52,549 nucleotides of DNA from a virus (IMGVR_UViG_3300037461_000955:1-52549); one strand, 5' to 3'. Shown: positions 27,604 through 37,048, counted from the stretch's first letter. Translations and numbers: made by a program. Notes: generated by a model not told the origin, from the letters alone.

Positions 27604-30252
27604 TTAGTTTCCAAATACTTCGCCGCCAGGGCCGAAGGGGGTGGATTTGCCGGAACCTGTTCCAATATCAGTTTCCGCCGTGTCGCTTATAATCGTATCG
27701 CCAATAAGGCTGATTCGGTTAGGGTAATAATCATCCTCAAGCAAGGTCATGCTCATTACGGCATTTCCGGCGTAATTGCCTGTCTTGGTACCGGCCAAAC
27801 GCCTCAGCCACGAATAGGCAGCAGTACAAGATATGACTTCTCTTTGTCCATTGCTGTCGATGTGCAGGCTCAGCGATGAGCCATCATATATTAAAGCAAA
27901 TCGGAACAAATCATTTGCTGAAAATTTATATGTTTTAGCAGATGCATAAGTCACCGCCGCAGCACCGGCATTGACGACAGAAACGTAGAATTTAAGGTCG
28001 CCTGAATCCCAATAGACGTTAATGTAGTTATTCGCATCAAGCCAGTAAGATTTAATATACTGTTCGTCAAAATCATTTGCGTAAGCATGATAGGGAGGAT
28101 AAGGACTGATTGTAAATTTGTTAGTCCATATCTCGTCAAACGCAATGGTATTACTTAAAGATTCATAAGCCCTTGCGGTTCCGCCAACCTGCCATCGGGT
28201 AGGAGGCCCGGCTTCTACCTGCATGCAATCAATGTAAAACCCAGCCGTAAAACCCGTTGAGCCTGCCCTGCAAACATAAATGTTTCCCGCACCCTCGCCA
28301 TCAATATCCAATGCCTCGCCGTCTGCGGTCAGGGCTATTTTAAATGTTCCGGTTGACCCTGCCGTACTCATATCTCTGGCATAATAAGTAGTCCCAGCAA
28401 CAAACGAAGTCGCTGTCGCATAGGTCGGCATTGTTGTTGTAGCAAATATCTTTATTGCCTCACCGGTATTAAAGTGGTATCCGCTTGTGGCAGTATAGGT
28501 AAATGTGTCTGTCGCAGCAGAAACAGCGCCAACGGCGGCACTTCCCTGCGGCATAAAATCTATGCGTATATAATCTGCGGATGCAGGGGCGGTAACGGAT
28601 TTTGTAAAGAAAGTTGCCCATTTTGAAGTTGGCAAACAATCATAGATTGGGTTGTTATACGGGCTTGTACCGCCAACACCCAAAAACCGCATTGAAAACG
28701 GGACATAATCTATTCCTTTGGCGGACAGTTGCAGACTGTATTTGGTTCCAGCCGTATAATCCACGTACGCAGGACTGGTTGCATAAACGCCAGACTCATA
28801 ACTTTCAATCCCACTATACTTTACACTGGCCGTACCATGCAGTTTATCTGCCGTACTTCTGGCGATTGTTGCGGCATTAAAAGAATCATCCCAAGTTGAG
28901 GCTGTAGTCTCGTACGAAGACTGGTCGGCGTTCATCAGGTTCGTTGTTGCCGGGTCTATCGCAAGACCTGTTACCGTCTTTTTAGTCGGAGTAGTCATAT
29001 AAGCGTGTGATACTTTGCCCGCACTATCAGAGACAACCATGTGCAGTTTCCCGCCGACGCCGCCAAGAAAACGAACAACCCCGCATTCATTTGAGCCAAA
29101 ACTATAAACAGGATAAAAATTAACCAAATCAGTTGTAGCCCATATCTGGGCGTGTCTTGCATTTGACGCTATATTCTCAGGAGGGTCAAATAGCCCAAAA
29201 TATATAATTCCATTGTATTTTGTAATAGCAAAGCAGTATTTCCCGTATGAGCTTGTATTGGCTGCATTAAAAACAGTACTGCTTCCAGTGAACAGATTCT
29301 CCCTTGCTTTGGATGATAAATCAACCGTACCAATAATGCCCGGCATATCGGCACCATAAAGTAATTTTGTCGCATGGCCGTAATCATACAAATCAACAGG
29401 CTGGAAATGCCCCTCCCCCTGAGCGTATAAATCAGTCCACGTATCTCCTGTATCAGAAATGGATGTCATGTTAGTCCCTGCTCCGTCGCCCCAAGCGACT
29501 ACCCATTTACCTAAAGTCTCATGATAATAAACACGGTGTGAATGTCGAATACCGTCGGATTTGGCTGTATCCGCCGCAGCAGGATTAGTGTAAACTAAAT
29601 CAAAGGTTGCTCCATCGTCTATTGAACGCCATATCTTTAAGCCAGTGCCCGCCGTGAGGTATTGCCCAACCATAATCACGCCAGCAGCGTTCTGATGCCA
29701 ATTCCAATATTCAATAAAAGAATTTGCGTCTAAGGTTAGGACTGAATTAGCTGGGTTACCTGAGTTTGCGTTAGCATTTGTGAACCAAGCTGGATTTGTA
29801 CTTCTAAACAGATATGCACCCTTCTGTACAAATAATGCCCCGGAGGACGAGCTATATATTCTTACAATGGTTCCAGATTGACCTCCTGCGGAACCTGGAG
29901 CAAGAACTTGTGTCCACGTCACACCATCTGTGGAGCTATATAAACCGCCGACGGAGTCATAGCCGGTAGCGTAAAGCACGTTATTCATATTCCATGTTAC
30001 ACCAATATGTATATCACCTACTCCAGTTACTGGCTCTGCGATAGGTAATGTTACAGTTGATTCGGCTGGTATCTCCCTTGTTTCGGTTCTCCTTCTATCT
30101 GCGTCATATTGAGTACCATTTAAAAAAGCTATAGATTCCCGGTCAAAAACTGACGTTGAGCGATTGAGTAAATCAACTTTGCCATCACGGCACCAACCCA
30201 TCCCCGCCATCAGTAACATCGCTAACACCAAAACGAATAGAATACGATTCAT
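27604..30252 (-). CDS. Large secreted/receptor-binding protein with BNR (Asp-box) beta-propeller and CBM-like/tail-fibre-like domains
   Basis: Signal peptide MNRILFVLVLAMLLMAGMGWC; Asp boxes SSTDGVTW, RSIDDGATF, SDTGDTW; TNLMNADQSSYE and MQVEAG segments. Confidence 0.65.
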   Translation of the reverse strand: MNRILFVLVLAMLLMAGMGWCRDGKVDLLNRSTSVFDRESIAFLNGTQYDADRRRTETREIPAESTVTLPIAEPVTGVGDIHIGVTWNMNNVLYATGYDSVGGLYSSTDGVTWTQVLAPGSAGGQSGTIVRIYSSSSGALFVQKGAYLFRSTNPAWFTNANANSGNPANSVLTLDANSFIEYWNWHQNAAGVIMVGQYLTAGTGLKIWRSIDDGATFDLVYTNPAAADTAKSDGIRHSHRVYYHETLGKWVVAWGDGAGTNMTSISDTGDTWTDLYAQGEGHFQPVDLYDYGHATKLLYGADMPGIIGTVDLSSKARENLFTGSSTVFNAANTSSYGKYCFAITKYNGIIYFGLFDPPENIASNARHAQIWATTDLVNFYPVYSFGSNECGVVRFLGGVGGKLHMVVSDSAGKVSHAYMTTPTKKTVTGLAIDPATTNLMNADQSSYETTASTWDDSFNAATIARSTADKLHGTASVKYSGIESYESGVYATSPAYVDYTAGTKYSLQLSAKGIDYVPFSMRFLGVGGTSPYNNPIYDCLPTSKWATFFTKSVTAPASADYIRIDFMPQGSAAVGAVSAATDTFTYTATSGYHFNTGEAIKIFATTTMPTYATATSFVAGTTYYARDMSTAGSTGTFKIALTADGEALDIDGEGAGNIYVCRAGSTGFTAGFYIDCMQVEAGPPTRWQVGGTARAYESLSNTIAFDEIWTNKFTISPYPPYHAYANDFDEQYIKSYWLDANNYINVYWDSGDLKFYVSVVNAGAAAVTYASAKTYKFSANDLFRFALIYDGSSLSLHIDSNGQREVISCTAAYSWLRRLAGTKTGNYAGNAVMSMTLLEDDYYPNRISLIGDTIISDTAETDIGTGSGKSTPFGPGGEVFGN

Positions 30253-30453
30253 GGTTATACTCCAAAAACAATCAAAACAATCAATCAAAGTCGCCATTAT
30301 ACACCCCGTTTTACACCTGTTTGCATATCACCGATATATCACCACGCAAGGCAACGAAGGCAACTATTATGTCGATAGCAACCAATAAAAAATGATGATT
30401 TTATGAAAATAATGCGTATTTTGTGCTTGACACGGATTTATGATATGTGGTTT

Positions 30454-30500
30454 TCGGATTGTCGATCCGAAGGTTGCGGGTTCGATCCCCGTCGGCCTCG
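30454..30500 (+). other. 3' fragment of tRNA-Asp(GTC); att-like site
   Basis: Anticodon arm TCGGA-TTGTCGA-TCCGA, T arm GCGGG-TTCGATC-CCCGT, acceptor strand CGGCCTC plus G discriminator; no D arm or 5' acceptor strand. Confidence 0.8.
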
Positions 30501-30501
30501 T

Positions 30502-30550
30502 GGTGTAAGTGATTATAATAAAAGAACTTATGATACTTACACCTTTTTTT
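30502..30550 (+). terminator. Terminator downstream of the tRNA-Asp fragment
   Basis: GGTGTAAGT...ACTTACACC stem followed by T7. Confidence 0.65.
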
Positions 30551-30572
30551 ACGTGCTTCCGGTATTCCCGTC

Positions 30573-30902
30573 TTATTTCTTATTATTTTCTTTAGCTAAT
30601 TCCATTGCCTCTTTGACCATTTTCTTGGCCAGTTCGTCTGCAAGACATGGCCGGATGGTCATAATCGAAGCAAAGTCTTTCATTATTTCGTGATTGGTCA
30701 TAATCAAACCAGTTGTTTTATTAACCATCTCTATTAACAGTTGACGCATTTCTGCTTCCAGAGACTGTATATGGGAGATTAGTTCAGCTTCTTTCATAAC
30801 TGCTCTCTGTTCCCTGACATAATCCCGCCAAACAAAGTAAACAACCAGTGCTATCGGTAAACCATATTGTCCAATCAAAGTAAGAAACATCTTTAGTTCC
30901 AT
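30573..30902 (-). CDS. Putative holin (BhlA-like)
   Basis: N-terminal TM IGQYGLPIALVVYFVW followed by a coiled coil. Confidence 0.6.
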   Translation of the reverse strand: MELKMFLTLIGQYGLPIALVVYFVWRDYVREQRAVMKEAELISHIQSLEAEMRQLLIEMVNKTTGLIMTNHEIMKDFASIMTIRPCLADELAKKMVKEAMELAKENNKK

Positions 30903-30947
30903 GAGTGTCCCGTAGTCATCGTGTGAGTGTCTCTATTTAAAAAACAG

Positions 30948-31145
30948 TTATACTTCCGCTTTGTAGTGTTGCTCATATTCCCTTTCTCCGTGTATATACC
31001 TTAATACACCTTCTTTAAATGACTTGCCTTCCAGAAAGGCTACCCACCCCTCCTGGATTGCGTCGTCTCTCCAGTCTTCAGGGATACTGAACTTGGCAAC
31101 ATACTTTTCTATATCTTTCTGGACCTGGTCTGCATTGAATTTCAC
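30948..31145 (-). CDS. Small protein resembling sigma-70 region 2
   Basis: DWRDDAIQEGWVAFLE. Confidence 0.45.
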   Translation of the reverse strand: MKFNADQVQKDIEKYVAKFSIPEDWRDDAIQEGWVAFLEGKSFKEGVLRYIHGEREYEQHYKAEV

Positions 31146-31579
31146 GCTATCGTCTCCTTGTGTATAGAAGCTCTCCTATGCAGGTTATTAGGGGGGTACT
31201 GAAAAGTACTTAAAGCCTAATAGTCTGTTTGGGTGAACATCAGGTTGCTCTTAGCCCCGATACGTTTTGTGGTGTCATAGTCTGCATAGCCCGCGACGGA
31301 TAGGTGCAGGTAATATAAGAGTTCCTATCGTAGCTTTATGTCGCTCTGTCACACCAGAAAACTACTTAACCGTTCTTTTGCCGCTGTATGTTCGTCACGG
31401 CACAGGTACGCTTTGGTTACAGCACCTGCCTATGTCTTTCTATAATTAAGGCAGATTACAACCTTTGTGACATAAAAAAACCTATCGGGAAACCCCTAAA
31501 TCTTTACAACATAAACGGTTATAAAAATTATGGAATTTCCGCGATAGGTTGTATCAAAAACCACAAATTTTGGAGAATT

Positions 31580-31789
31580 CTATATCTTTGGTCTATAGGC
31601 ACCACCCTTAAACAGGTGCTTGTGTATCTTGAAAAGGCGACTTAACGCCCTTGAAACCGCTTGTTGTGACACACCCAAGACAGACGCGGCCTGCTCCTGT
31701 GTCAGGCCTCTCAGGCATACTTTATCGTAAACCTCTATCTGTAAAGGAGTTCCAAGTTTAATCGCCTTTTTGCAATGCGGGCATATCAC
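31580..31789 (-). CDS. Sigma-70 region 4-like HTH protein
   Basis: GLTQEQAASVLGVSQQAVSRALSR. Confidence 0.7.
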   Translation of the reverse strand: MICPHCKKAIKLGTPLQIEVYDKVCLRGLTQEQAASVLGVSQQAVSRALSRLFKIHKHLFKGGAYRPKI

Positions 31790-32574
31790 GATGCCCTCAG
31801 CGAATCCAGAGAGGCAAAGTATGGATGTACCACAATTTCGCCATTCTGGATTGTAATCAGCAGCATTCCCACGTCAACAGGCCTGCTGCACTTCCTGGCC
31901 CCGTATTTGGAGCCATATCCCTGCAAAGCTGGTGTGATTACACCACCGGCAAGGCTGTTGCCCCGCCTGATAGTGCATTGACTGAATTTGTGAACGTGCG
32001 ACCTGATTACCAAGTCCGCGAAAGGCTGTTCACTACGGGAAGCCCAATAGCCGTTTTCTATGATCTGTCTACCTATTTGATGCAAATCCCCGTATGGCAT
32101 AGAAGAAGATGTGCAATGGTGCTTTATATCTAACACCTTGCCGCCTATTTTGATAAATTCATGGGACCCTATTTTGGCCTTAAACTCTTTGGCCACCAAG
32201 TCTTCCATGTCTTCACTGCACCCTGTATGGTATGGTGTACCATAGGTAAAGGCATAGTCACCTGTCTTGGGAACGGAAATGGCTTCTTTGGCCATTTCTG
32301 CCTGTTCAATGCGGTCACGTACTATAAGTTCCGTGCCACCTGAACGGGAACCTTCACCGTCTATGCAGTCGCCGTTTACGATAACCAGGTCAACGGGGCC
32401 TATAGTGCGGATGGTGGAGGTGTACCATTGCCAAAGCTCGGATTGCAAGGTTGCGAACTTGTTCCATTGTCCGCGTTTGCCGTTTGCCTTGCTTTGGTAT
32501 GTTGGAGGTGTTAAGCCTGACCTATGTCCGCAATGCAGGTCAGATAACACCAGAATTCGCTTACTACTCATCAT
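31786..32574 (-). CDS. Calcineurin-like metallophosphoesterase
   Basis: LSDLHCG, VNGDCID, GTPYH, RSHVH. Confidence 0.8.
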   Translation of the reverse strand: MMSSKRILVLSDLHCGHRSGLTPPTYQSKANGKRGQWNKFATLQSELWQWYTSTIRTIGPVDLVIVNGDCIDGEGSRSGGTELIVRDRIEQAEMAKEAISVPKTGDYAFTYGTPYHTGCSEDMEDLVAKEFKAKIGSHEFIKIGGKVLDIKHHCTSSSMPYGDLHQIGRQIIENGYWASRSEQPFADLVIRSHVHKFSQCTIRRGNSLAGGVITPALQGYGSKYGARKCSRPVDVGMLLITIQNGEIVVHPYFASLDSLRAS

Positions 32575-32591
32575 CTCTCCGAAAATAGTGT

Positions 32592-33029
32592 TTATTCCGA
32601 TTGACCCACTTCACCAGCGCGGATGAACTGGTCAAGCGCCATCAGCATTCGTGTGGCGGCGTGTGCAAGCTCCTCAAGCATGAATCTGCCGGTTTCGGCA
32701 TCATACTGTTCGCACGCGCCTGAACCCAATTTGTACTCGCTGAGACGCATGAAAATCAAGGCGTGTCTGAGCGCATGATCCAATTCCGATTTTACTGATA
32801 TATTGTGCCAGTTTCTGGAGCCATACTTCCTGGCTCCCTCCTGCATCACTCTGGAAACAGCCAGCAGTGCCGCAGGGGGAAGCTCGGAAGGCCATTCATC
32901 AATTTTGGACTGTTTTCCGCCTGTAGGGCCTACGACAATCTCTTCCGGTGTTGGGTTTTCAACGCTTTGTTGTCCATAGCTGGTATACGAGAAGGGTGCG
33001 ATTATACCTTCATTTGATATGGTTGTCAT
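32592..33029 (-). CDS. DUF5664 / dATP-dGTP diphosphohydrolase-like protein
   Basis: VMQEGARKYGSRNW...LDHALRH...LAHAATRMLM. Confidence 0.75.
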   Translation of the reverse strand: MTTISNEGIIAPFSYTSYGQQSVENPTPEEIVVGPTGGKQSKIDEWPSELPPAALLAVSRVMQEGARKYGSRNWHNISVKSELDHALRHALIFMRLSEYKLGSGACEQYDAETGRFMLEELAHAATRMLMALDQFIRAGEVGQSE

Positions 33030-33201
33030 GTTCTTGTTTCTCCTGTTCTAAAATAGTCTGTAGCGCTGTGGGCATGCGCCATGATGATGTTTTAGGTTTG
33101 CGAAGTGCATGGAAGCAGGCATAGCAAAGATATTCGGGATATTGGTGTGAGCCGATATTTACAAATGCCTTGAATCCGCACTTGCAACGATAGGTATTCA
33201 T
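33010..33201 (-). CDS. Small zinc-finger protein
   Basis: CKC...CYAC; overlaps both neighbours. Confidence 0.5.
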   Translation of the reverse strand: MNTYRCKCGFKAFVNIGSHQYPEYLCYACFHALRKPKTSSWRMPTALQTILEQEKQEHDNHIK

Positions 33202-33620
33202 TTCCGGGCCTCTTCGATTTTGATCAGCTTCTTTAGTCTTTTTTCAAGCCTCAACAAAAGGGCTTCCGAATAATGAAACGACACGTCGTGCATATCAAGA
33301 AGGTAATGTATCACCTCGACACCGTATTTTTTGACCATGAATTTATAATATCCAGGCCAGTTACCCTTTTGCATGATATTACAGCCGTAGCATTGAGAAT
33401 GACATCCCTGCATATGAAAGAGCAAAAGCCCTCTCCGTCCAGGGATAAAGTGGCCGGCCTGCAACTTCTTTATGGCATATTTTCTACCGCACGAGCAACA
33501 GCGACCGTAACGGGTAGAAACCTTGCCTTTAGATGTTACAAGCCGGTCTCTTAGGCGTATATAACGGCTGAACAGCTTCCAGACTCGCTTTTTCAGTGAG
33601 CCCAGTCGCTTTTTAGCCAT
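33198..33620 (-). CDS. ninG: NinG/Rap-family recombination endonuclease
   Basis: FSRYIRLRD...CCSCG...QAGHFI...HSQCYGCN. Confidence 0.85.
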   Translation of the reverse strand: MAKKRLGSLKKRVWKLFSRYIRLRDRLVTSKGKVSTRYGRCCSCGRKYAIKKLQAGHFIPGRRGLLLFHMQGCHSQCYGCNIMQKGNWPGYYKFMVKKYGVEVIHYLLDMHDVSFHYSEALLLRLEKRLKKLIKIEEARK

Positions 33621-33823
33621 TATTGAAACTCGGAATCAGAGCCAGTGGCTCCAGGTTTCGTGGCCGGAAATACGTTGAATTCACAGCCGGTGTTCAGTCT
33701 GCCCCAAATCTTTGCATCTTCGGGGATATCGCCGTTGGCAAATACCACCCCGATGGGGTCCCAATACGTTTTTCCCGCAGTTTCGTCTTTGCGGGGGTGC
33801 ATCATGTTGTACCGCTTAGCCAT
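33620..33823 (-). CDS. Small hypothetical protein (possible ssDNA-binding)
   Basis: KTYWDPIGVVF motif and acidic tail. Confidence 0.5.
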   Translation of the reverse strand: MAKRYNMMHPRKDETAGKTYWDPIGVVFANGDIPEDAKIWGRLNTGCEFNVFPATKPGATGSDSEFQ

Positions 33824-33989
33824 TTAAGGTCTCCTGTATAATAGTGTCTCCGATTACAATCATTAAACTGTCTGACATGAGGTCTGCTGTTTCAAATGCT
33901 TCCAAATCTTCGTTGCTGATTTCAAAAATCTCTGGTGTGTCCATATAGTCCGTTCATAAAAGTTAATAAGCTTCCCTTCTATGTACGTG

Positions 33990-34742
33990 TTATGCCGCTG
34001 CTGGCGTGTCTGGAGCAACCTGAATCTGAATGGTATTCAGCGCCTTTTCCTCGTCTGTCGCTGAATCCGGCCAGTGTCCCAAGAGAACATAGACTGCCTT
34101 GGCGAGGTCTTTGGGGCTGATATTTTTACCGTTGGCATAATTGTCGCGGACAAAGTTGTAGATTTTCCGCATCCGCTCTGTCTGTTCCGGCGTCATTTTT
34201 GGCAAGTCGGGCTTACTTTCCGACTTTGGCTTGTCAGCCGGCTTTGGTTTGGCGGTCTTGGCCGGCTTTGTAGAGCCTTCCGCGACATTGCGACAGTATT
34301 CAGTCAATTGGTCTTTGCTGAACAGTTTATTGCCCCTGTCGTCCGCCGGGACATACCTGGCGCCATTCTTGACCACTCCAAGCCGCATTTCGGGTAAATC
34401 ATACAGAAACCTGCCTATTCCCCATTTAACAGCGGCACGCTTGAACGCATCGGATGCCTCACCTTTTTCGGCTTCCATGTCCGATTCCGCTCCACAGTCT
34501 TCTTTGGTAATCCACGCGTCGCCCACTTTAATCGCAATGGAGCAAAAAAGGCTGTTTTTGGCAGCATGGTATGTGCACTGCCAGTTTTCCTGTCCTACCG
34601 CCTCGTCCAGTCGGTCCTGTACCTGTCTGGCATCCACATAGCCGACACAGATACAACTCGTCTTTTCCTCTGATTTAGCAGGAAAGAAAGCCTGGACTTT
34701 CCACTGATAAGGCATAGGCTCTTTCAGTTTGTTTAAATCCAT
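33990..34742 (-). CDS. Rad52/22-family (Sak-like) single-strand annealing protein
   Basis: YVDARQVQDRLDEAVG...KGEASDAFKRAAVKWGIGRFLY. Confidence 0.88.
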   Translation of the reverse strand: MDLNKLKEPMPYQWKVQAFFPAKSEEKTSCICVGYVDARQVQDRLDEAVGQENWQCTYHAAKNSLFCSIAIKVGDAWITKEDCGAESDMEAEKGEASDAFKRAAVKWGIGRFLYDLPEMRLGVVKNGARYVPADDRGNKLFSKDQLTEYCRNVAEGSTKPAKTAKPKPADKPKSESKPDLPKMTPEQTERMRKIYNFVRDNYANGKNISPKDLAKAVYVLLGHWPDSATDEEKALNTIQIQVAPDTPAAA

Positions 34743-34851
34743 AAAACTCCCGTAATAAGGGTTACCGTAATAGTGATTACTATATATACGTTGTCAAATT
34801 GCGTTCATTTGACTACAATGACGTAGTATCTGGCTTTTCAAAACTCTCCTT

Positions 34852-35061
34852 TTAGTTTAGCCATAATATGAGCCCCCACACCGCTAACCCCAGAAATACA
34901 ATGTCTCTGGCGAGCAGGGACCAGACGCGGGTTCTGTAATGTATCCATCCTGTAATGGTGTTGGAAACAAGCCAGCAAAGAAAGCATGGCCATAACTTAT
35001 AGTTGTTCAGTACCACGCCTGTGATAGCCAGTAGTGTTGCAAAAGTTCCCATCAATTCAAT
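34852..35061 (-). CDS. Small membrane protein (PnuC/SWEET-like 3-TM)
   Basis: LAITGVVLN...FLCWLVSN...LAVWGL. Confidence 0.55.
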   Translation of the reverse strand: MELMGTFATLLAITGVVLNNYKLWPCFLCWLVSNTITGWIHYRTRVWSLLARDIVFLGLAVWGLILWLN

Positions 35062-35462
35062 CATTTTGTCTCCCTTGACTTGGCATCGCAGTCTACGCAT
35101 CTGGCCGCAAGCCATCCACGGTAGCTTTTAACCCGTCCTGGTTTGCCGCAAGCCTCGCATACGTGGCCTGAATAGGCTTCGAAACCATCAATGATGTCGT
35201 TTTCCTTGTCTGTGCCGGCATCGATGTAAAACCGTAACATTCCAAACTTTTCCTTGATTTGCACCGCTCTTGGCGGTGATTCAGCACCACTCCTGTTGGC
35301 CTCGACCTCTAAGGCCGTCATCAGGTCGTCGAGTAGGTTATACCAGCCGTTTCCGCATTCAACCCCGAACGCCATGCAAGTGACTCTTGGGTCTCCCCAC
35401 AGGTCTTGCATTATTTGCGGGTGTCTTTCTTTGAGTTTTTCTGTTAGTTCTTTGTCCATCAT
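35061..35462 (-). CDS. Conserved phage hypothetical protein
   Basis: ECGNGW...QIKEKFGMLRFY...CEACG motif common in phages. Confidence 0.7.
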   Translation of the reverse strand: MMDKELTEKLKERHPQIMQDLWGDPRVTCMAFGVECGNGWYNLLDDLMTALEVEANRSGAESPPRAVQIKEKFGMLRFYIDAGTDKENDIIDGFEAYSGHVCEACGKPGRVKSYRGWLAARCVDCDAKSRETK

Positions 35463-35613
35463 TACTCCCGTTATGCAGAGGGCATCCCTGCGAAATCCAA
35501 AATCCTCTTGTTTGTCCTATCTGTTCTGATCCATATCCGTTATCTAAAACAGGGCACGTACACCCCAAAGAGACCGCCTCTTTGCTTCCTGAGTTTGGTA
35601 TTTTTTCTTTCAC
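35359..35613 (-). CDS. Small Cys-rich phage protein
   Basis: PNSGSKEAVSLGCTCPVLDN...CPLH. Confidence 0.55.
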   Translation of the reverse strand: MKEKIPNSGSKEAVSLGCTCPVLDNGYGSEQIGQTRGFWISQGCPLHNGSNDGQRTNRKTQRKTPANNARPVGRPKSHLHGVRG

Positions 35614-35718
35614 ATGTCCCCCTTTCTTGTAAATGGTAAAAGTAGTCCACCGCAGTAGCCAGCTTGAATCTTACCTGCCGGGGTAGGTACTGGCCAAGCT
35701 CGTTCTGGAGGTTGTGCG

Positions 35719-36195
35719 TTAAACGTTATTAGCACAACACGCCCCGTCCATATTTTTGCCTGCAGTGGACCGCCTTAAGGTTTTTGTAAAAAATACACCA
35801 ATAGCTGCAAGTATCATCGTTGCAGGCTCTGGTATCATTGTTCCCGCCAGTTTTCCATTGTCGTAGATATAGACAGGTGCTGTGTCGGTTATATAGCACA
35901 ATTTGAATTCTGTTCCATTTCCCTGCCAGCTACACAGTCTTTGATTGTCTTGAAAAACATCTATCCATTTGTATTCATTCGGCGGAACAGACAGGCCAAG
36001 CCAGTATGGAGGTTCATAATATCCGTATTCCACTCTTTTACTGTTTACTGTCGGCATAAAGGCATGAGCAGTGTTTGTACAGCTCTTTATGGCAAAAAGC
36101 ATAAATATAAAACCGAATATCCAGAAACCTAAAGACAGGTTTCCTATCTCGTTTGATATATTTTGCAACAATTTATCTTGTTCGTCTTTTGTCAT
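35719..36195 (-). CDS. PEP-CTERM sorting-domain protein
   Basis: C-terminal IPEPATMILAAIGVFF plus basic KTLRR; N-terminal hydrophobic segment. Confidence 0.75.
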   Translation of the reverse strand: MTKDEQDKLLQNISNEIGNLSLGFWIFGFIFMLFAIKSCTNTAHAFMPTVNSKRVEYGYYEPPYWLGLSVPPNEYKWIDVFQDNQRLCSWQGNGTEFKLCYITDTAPVYIYDNGKLAGTMIPEPATMILAAIGVFFTKTLRRSTAGKNMDGACCANNV

Positions 36196-36371
36196 TTTTT
36201 ATCCTCGCTTTCTTCGAGTAACGAATAAATTCTCTTGTAATCACCAAAGGCGTCCTCGATATAAGCACATGAAACATATTCAAGCCACACTATCTCGCCG
36301 GTTTTTACCTCAACAGGATACCAAGCATACCACCTTCTTACTTTACTAAAATCAAACGGTTTAATTATCAT
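36192..36371 (-). CDS. Small phage protein (59 aa, not in the ORF track)
   Basis: MIIKPFDFSKVRRWYAWYPV...VWLEYV; ATGA overlaps at both ends. Confidence 0.6.
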   Translation of the reverse strand: MIIKPFDFSKVRRWYAWYPVEVKTGEIVWLEYVSCAYIEDAFGDYKRIYSLLEESEDKK

Positions 36372-36697
36372 TTCTTGTCCTCACTTTCATAATTAAATCC
36401 CGCCACATCCTCCGCCGTTCCATTAAAAGGCCTTAGATACTTTGCGGCCATGTCAATTATCTCTTGCTTGCGATTATTTTCGGCTTTTAGTGATTTTATC
36501 TCTTTGTCGGCTTCAGCAAGCTGTTTGCGGAGGTCTTTAATAGTTTTGTGCAAAGAGACGATTTCCTCGGCAAGCATATTTTGGGCACACATCTCTTTAT
36601 TCTCTGTCATTCTCGCCTCGTAAATTCTGCTATCTCCGTCACTCATTTTCATTCTCCAATTAAAATTATACTGGCGGGCAGGAATCGATACCTGCAA
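36368..36697 (-). CDS. Hypothetical coiled-coil protein
   Basis: Heptad-rich ORF; start probably MSDGDS. Confidence 0.5.
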   Translation of the reverse strand: MQVSIPARQYNFNWRMKMSDGDSRIYEARMTENKEMCAQNMLAEEIVSLHKTIKDLRKQLAEADKEIKSLKAENNRKQEIIDMAAKYLRPFNGTAEDVAGFNYESEDKK

Positions 36698-36787
36698 CCA
36701 CGTCTGGAAGCATGGAGCTTTGTTCCAAGCACGGCTTATTTCAGCCCTAACATGCTGCGTCTATCTTCCGCCACCGCCAACCGTTTG

Positions 36788-37048
36788 TTATTTAATTGCC
36801 ATTATCGCTGTCTCGGCCAGTTTAATGGCCGATGTTGCGTCGGATTGATACCCTACTAAGCAGAAACTACCGTCTGGGTAAAAGGTCATCTCGGAGAATT
36901 TCTTATCAAAGATATTGCTGTGGTAGCTAAAATGCCTGCCATCGGGGAAGGTCATTGTTGCGGTCGTACATCCAGACAGAAACAGTACCGCCAGCCAAAC
37001 GATGATACAGTAAAACAACACGGCGATTGCGTTCCAGTTCAGTTTCAT
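36788..37048 (-). CDS. Putative lipoprotein
   Basis: Lipobox LSGC after a hydrophobic stretch. Confidence 0.6.
   Translation of the reverse strand: MKLNWNAIAVLFYCIIVWLAVLFLSGCTTATMTFPDGRHFSYHSNIFDKKFSEMTFYPDGSFCLVGYQSDATSAIKLAETAIMAIK

Noticed and set aside
32592-33029. Z-base (2-aminoadenine) genome pathway suggested by DUF5664
   Set aside because: No PurZ, HD-domain dATPase or phage DNA polymerase recognised.
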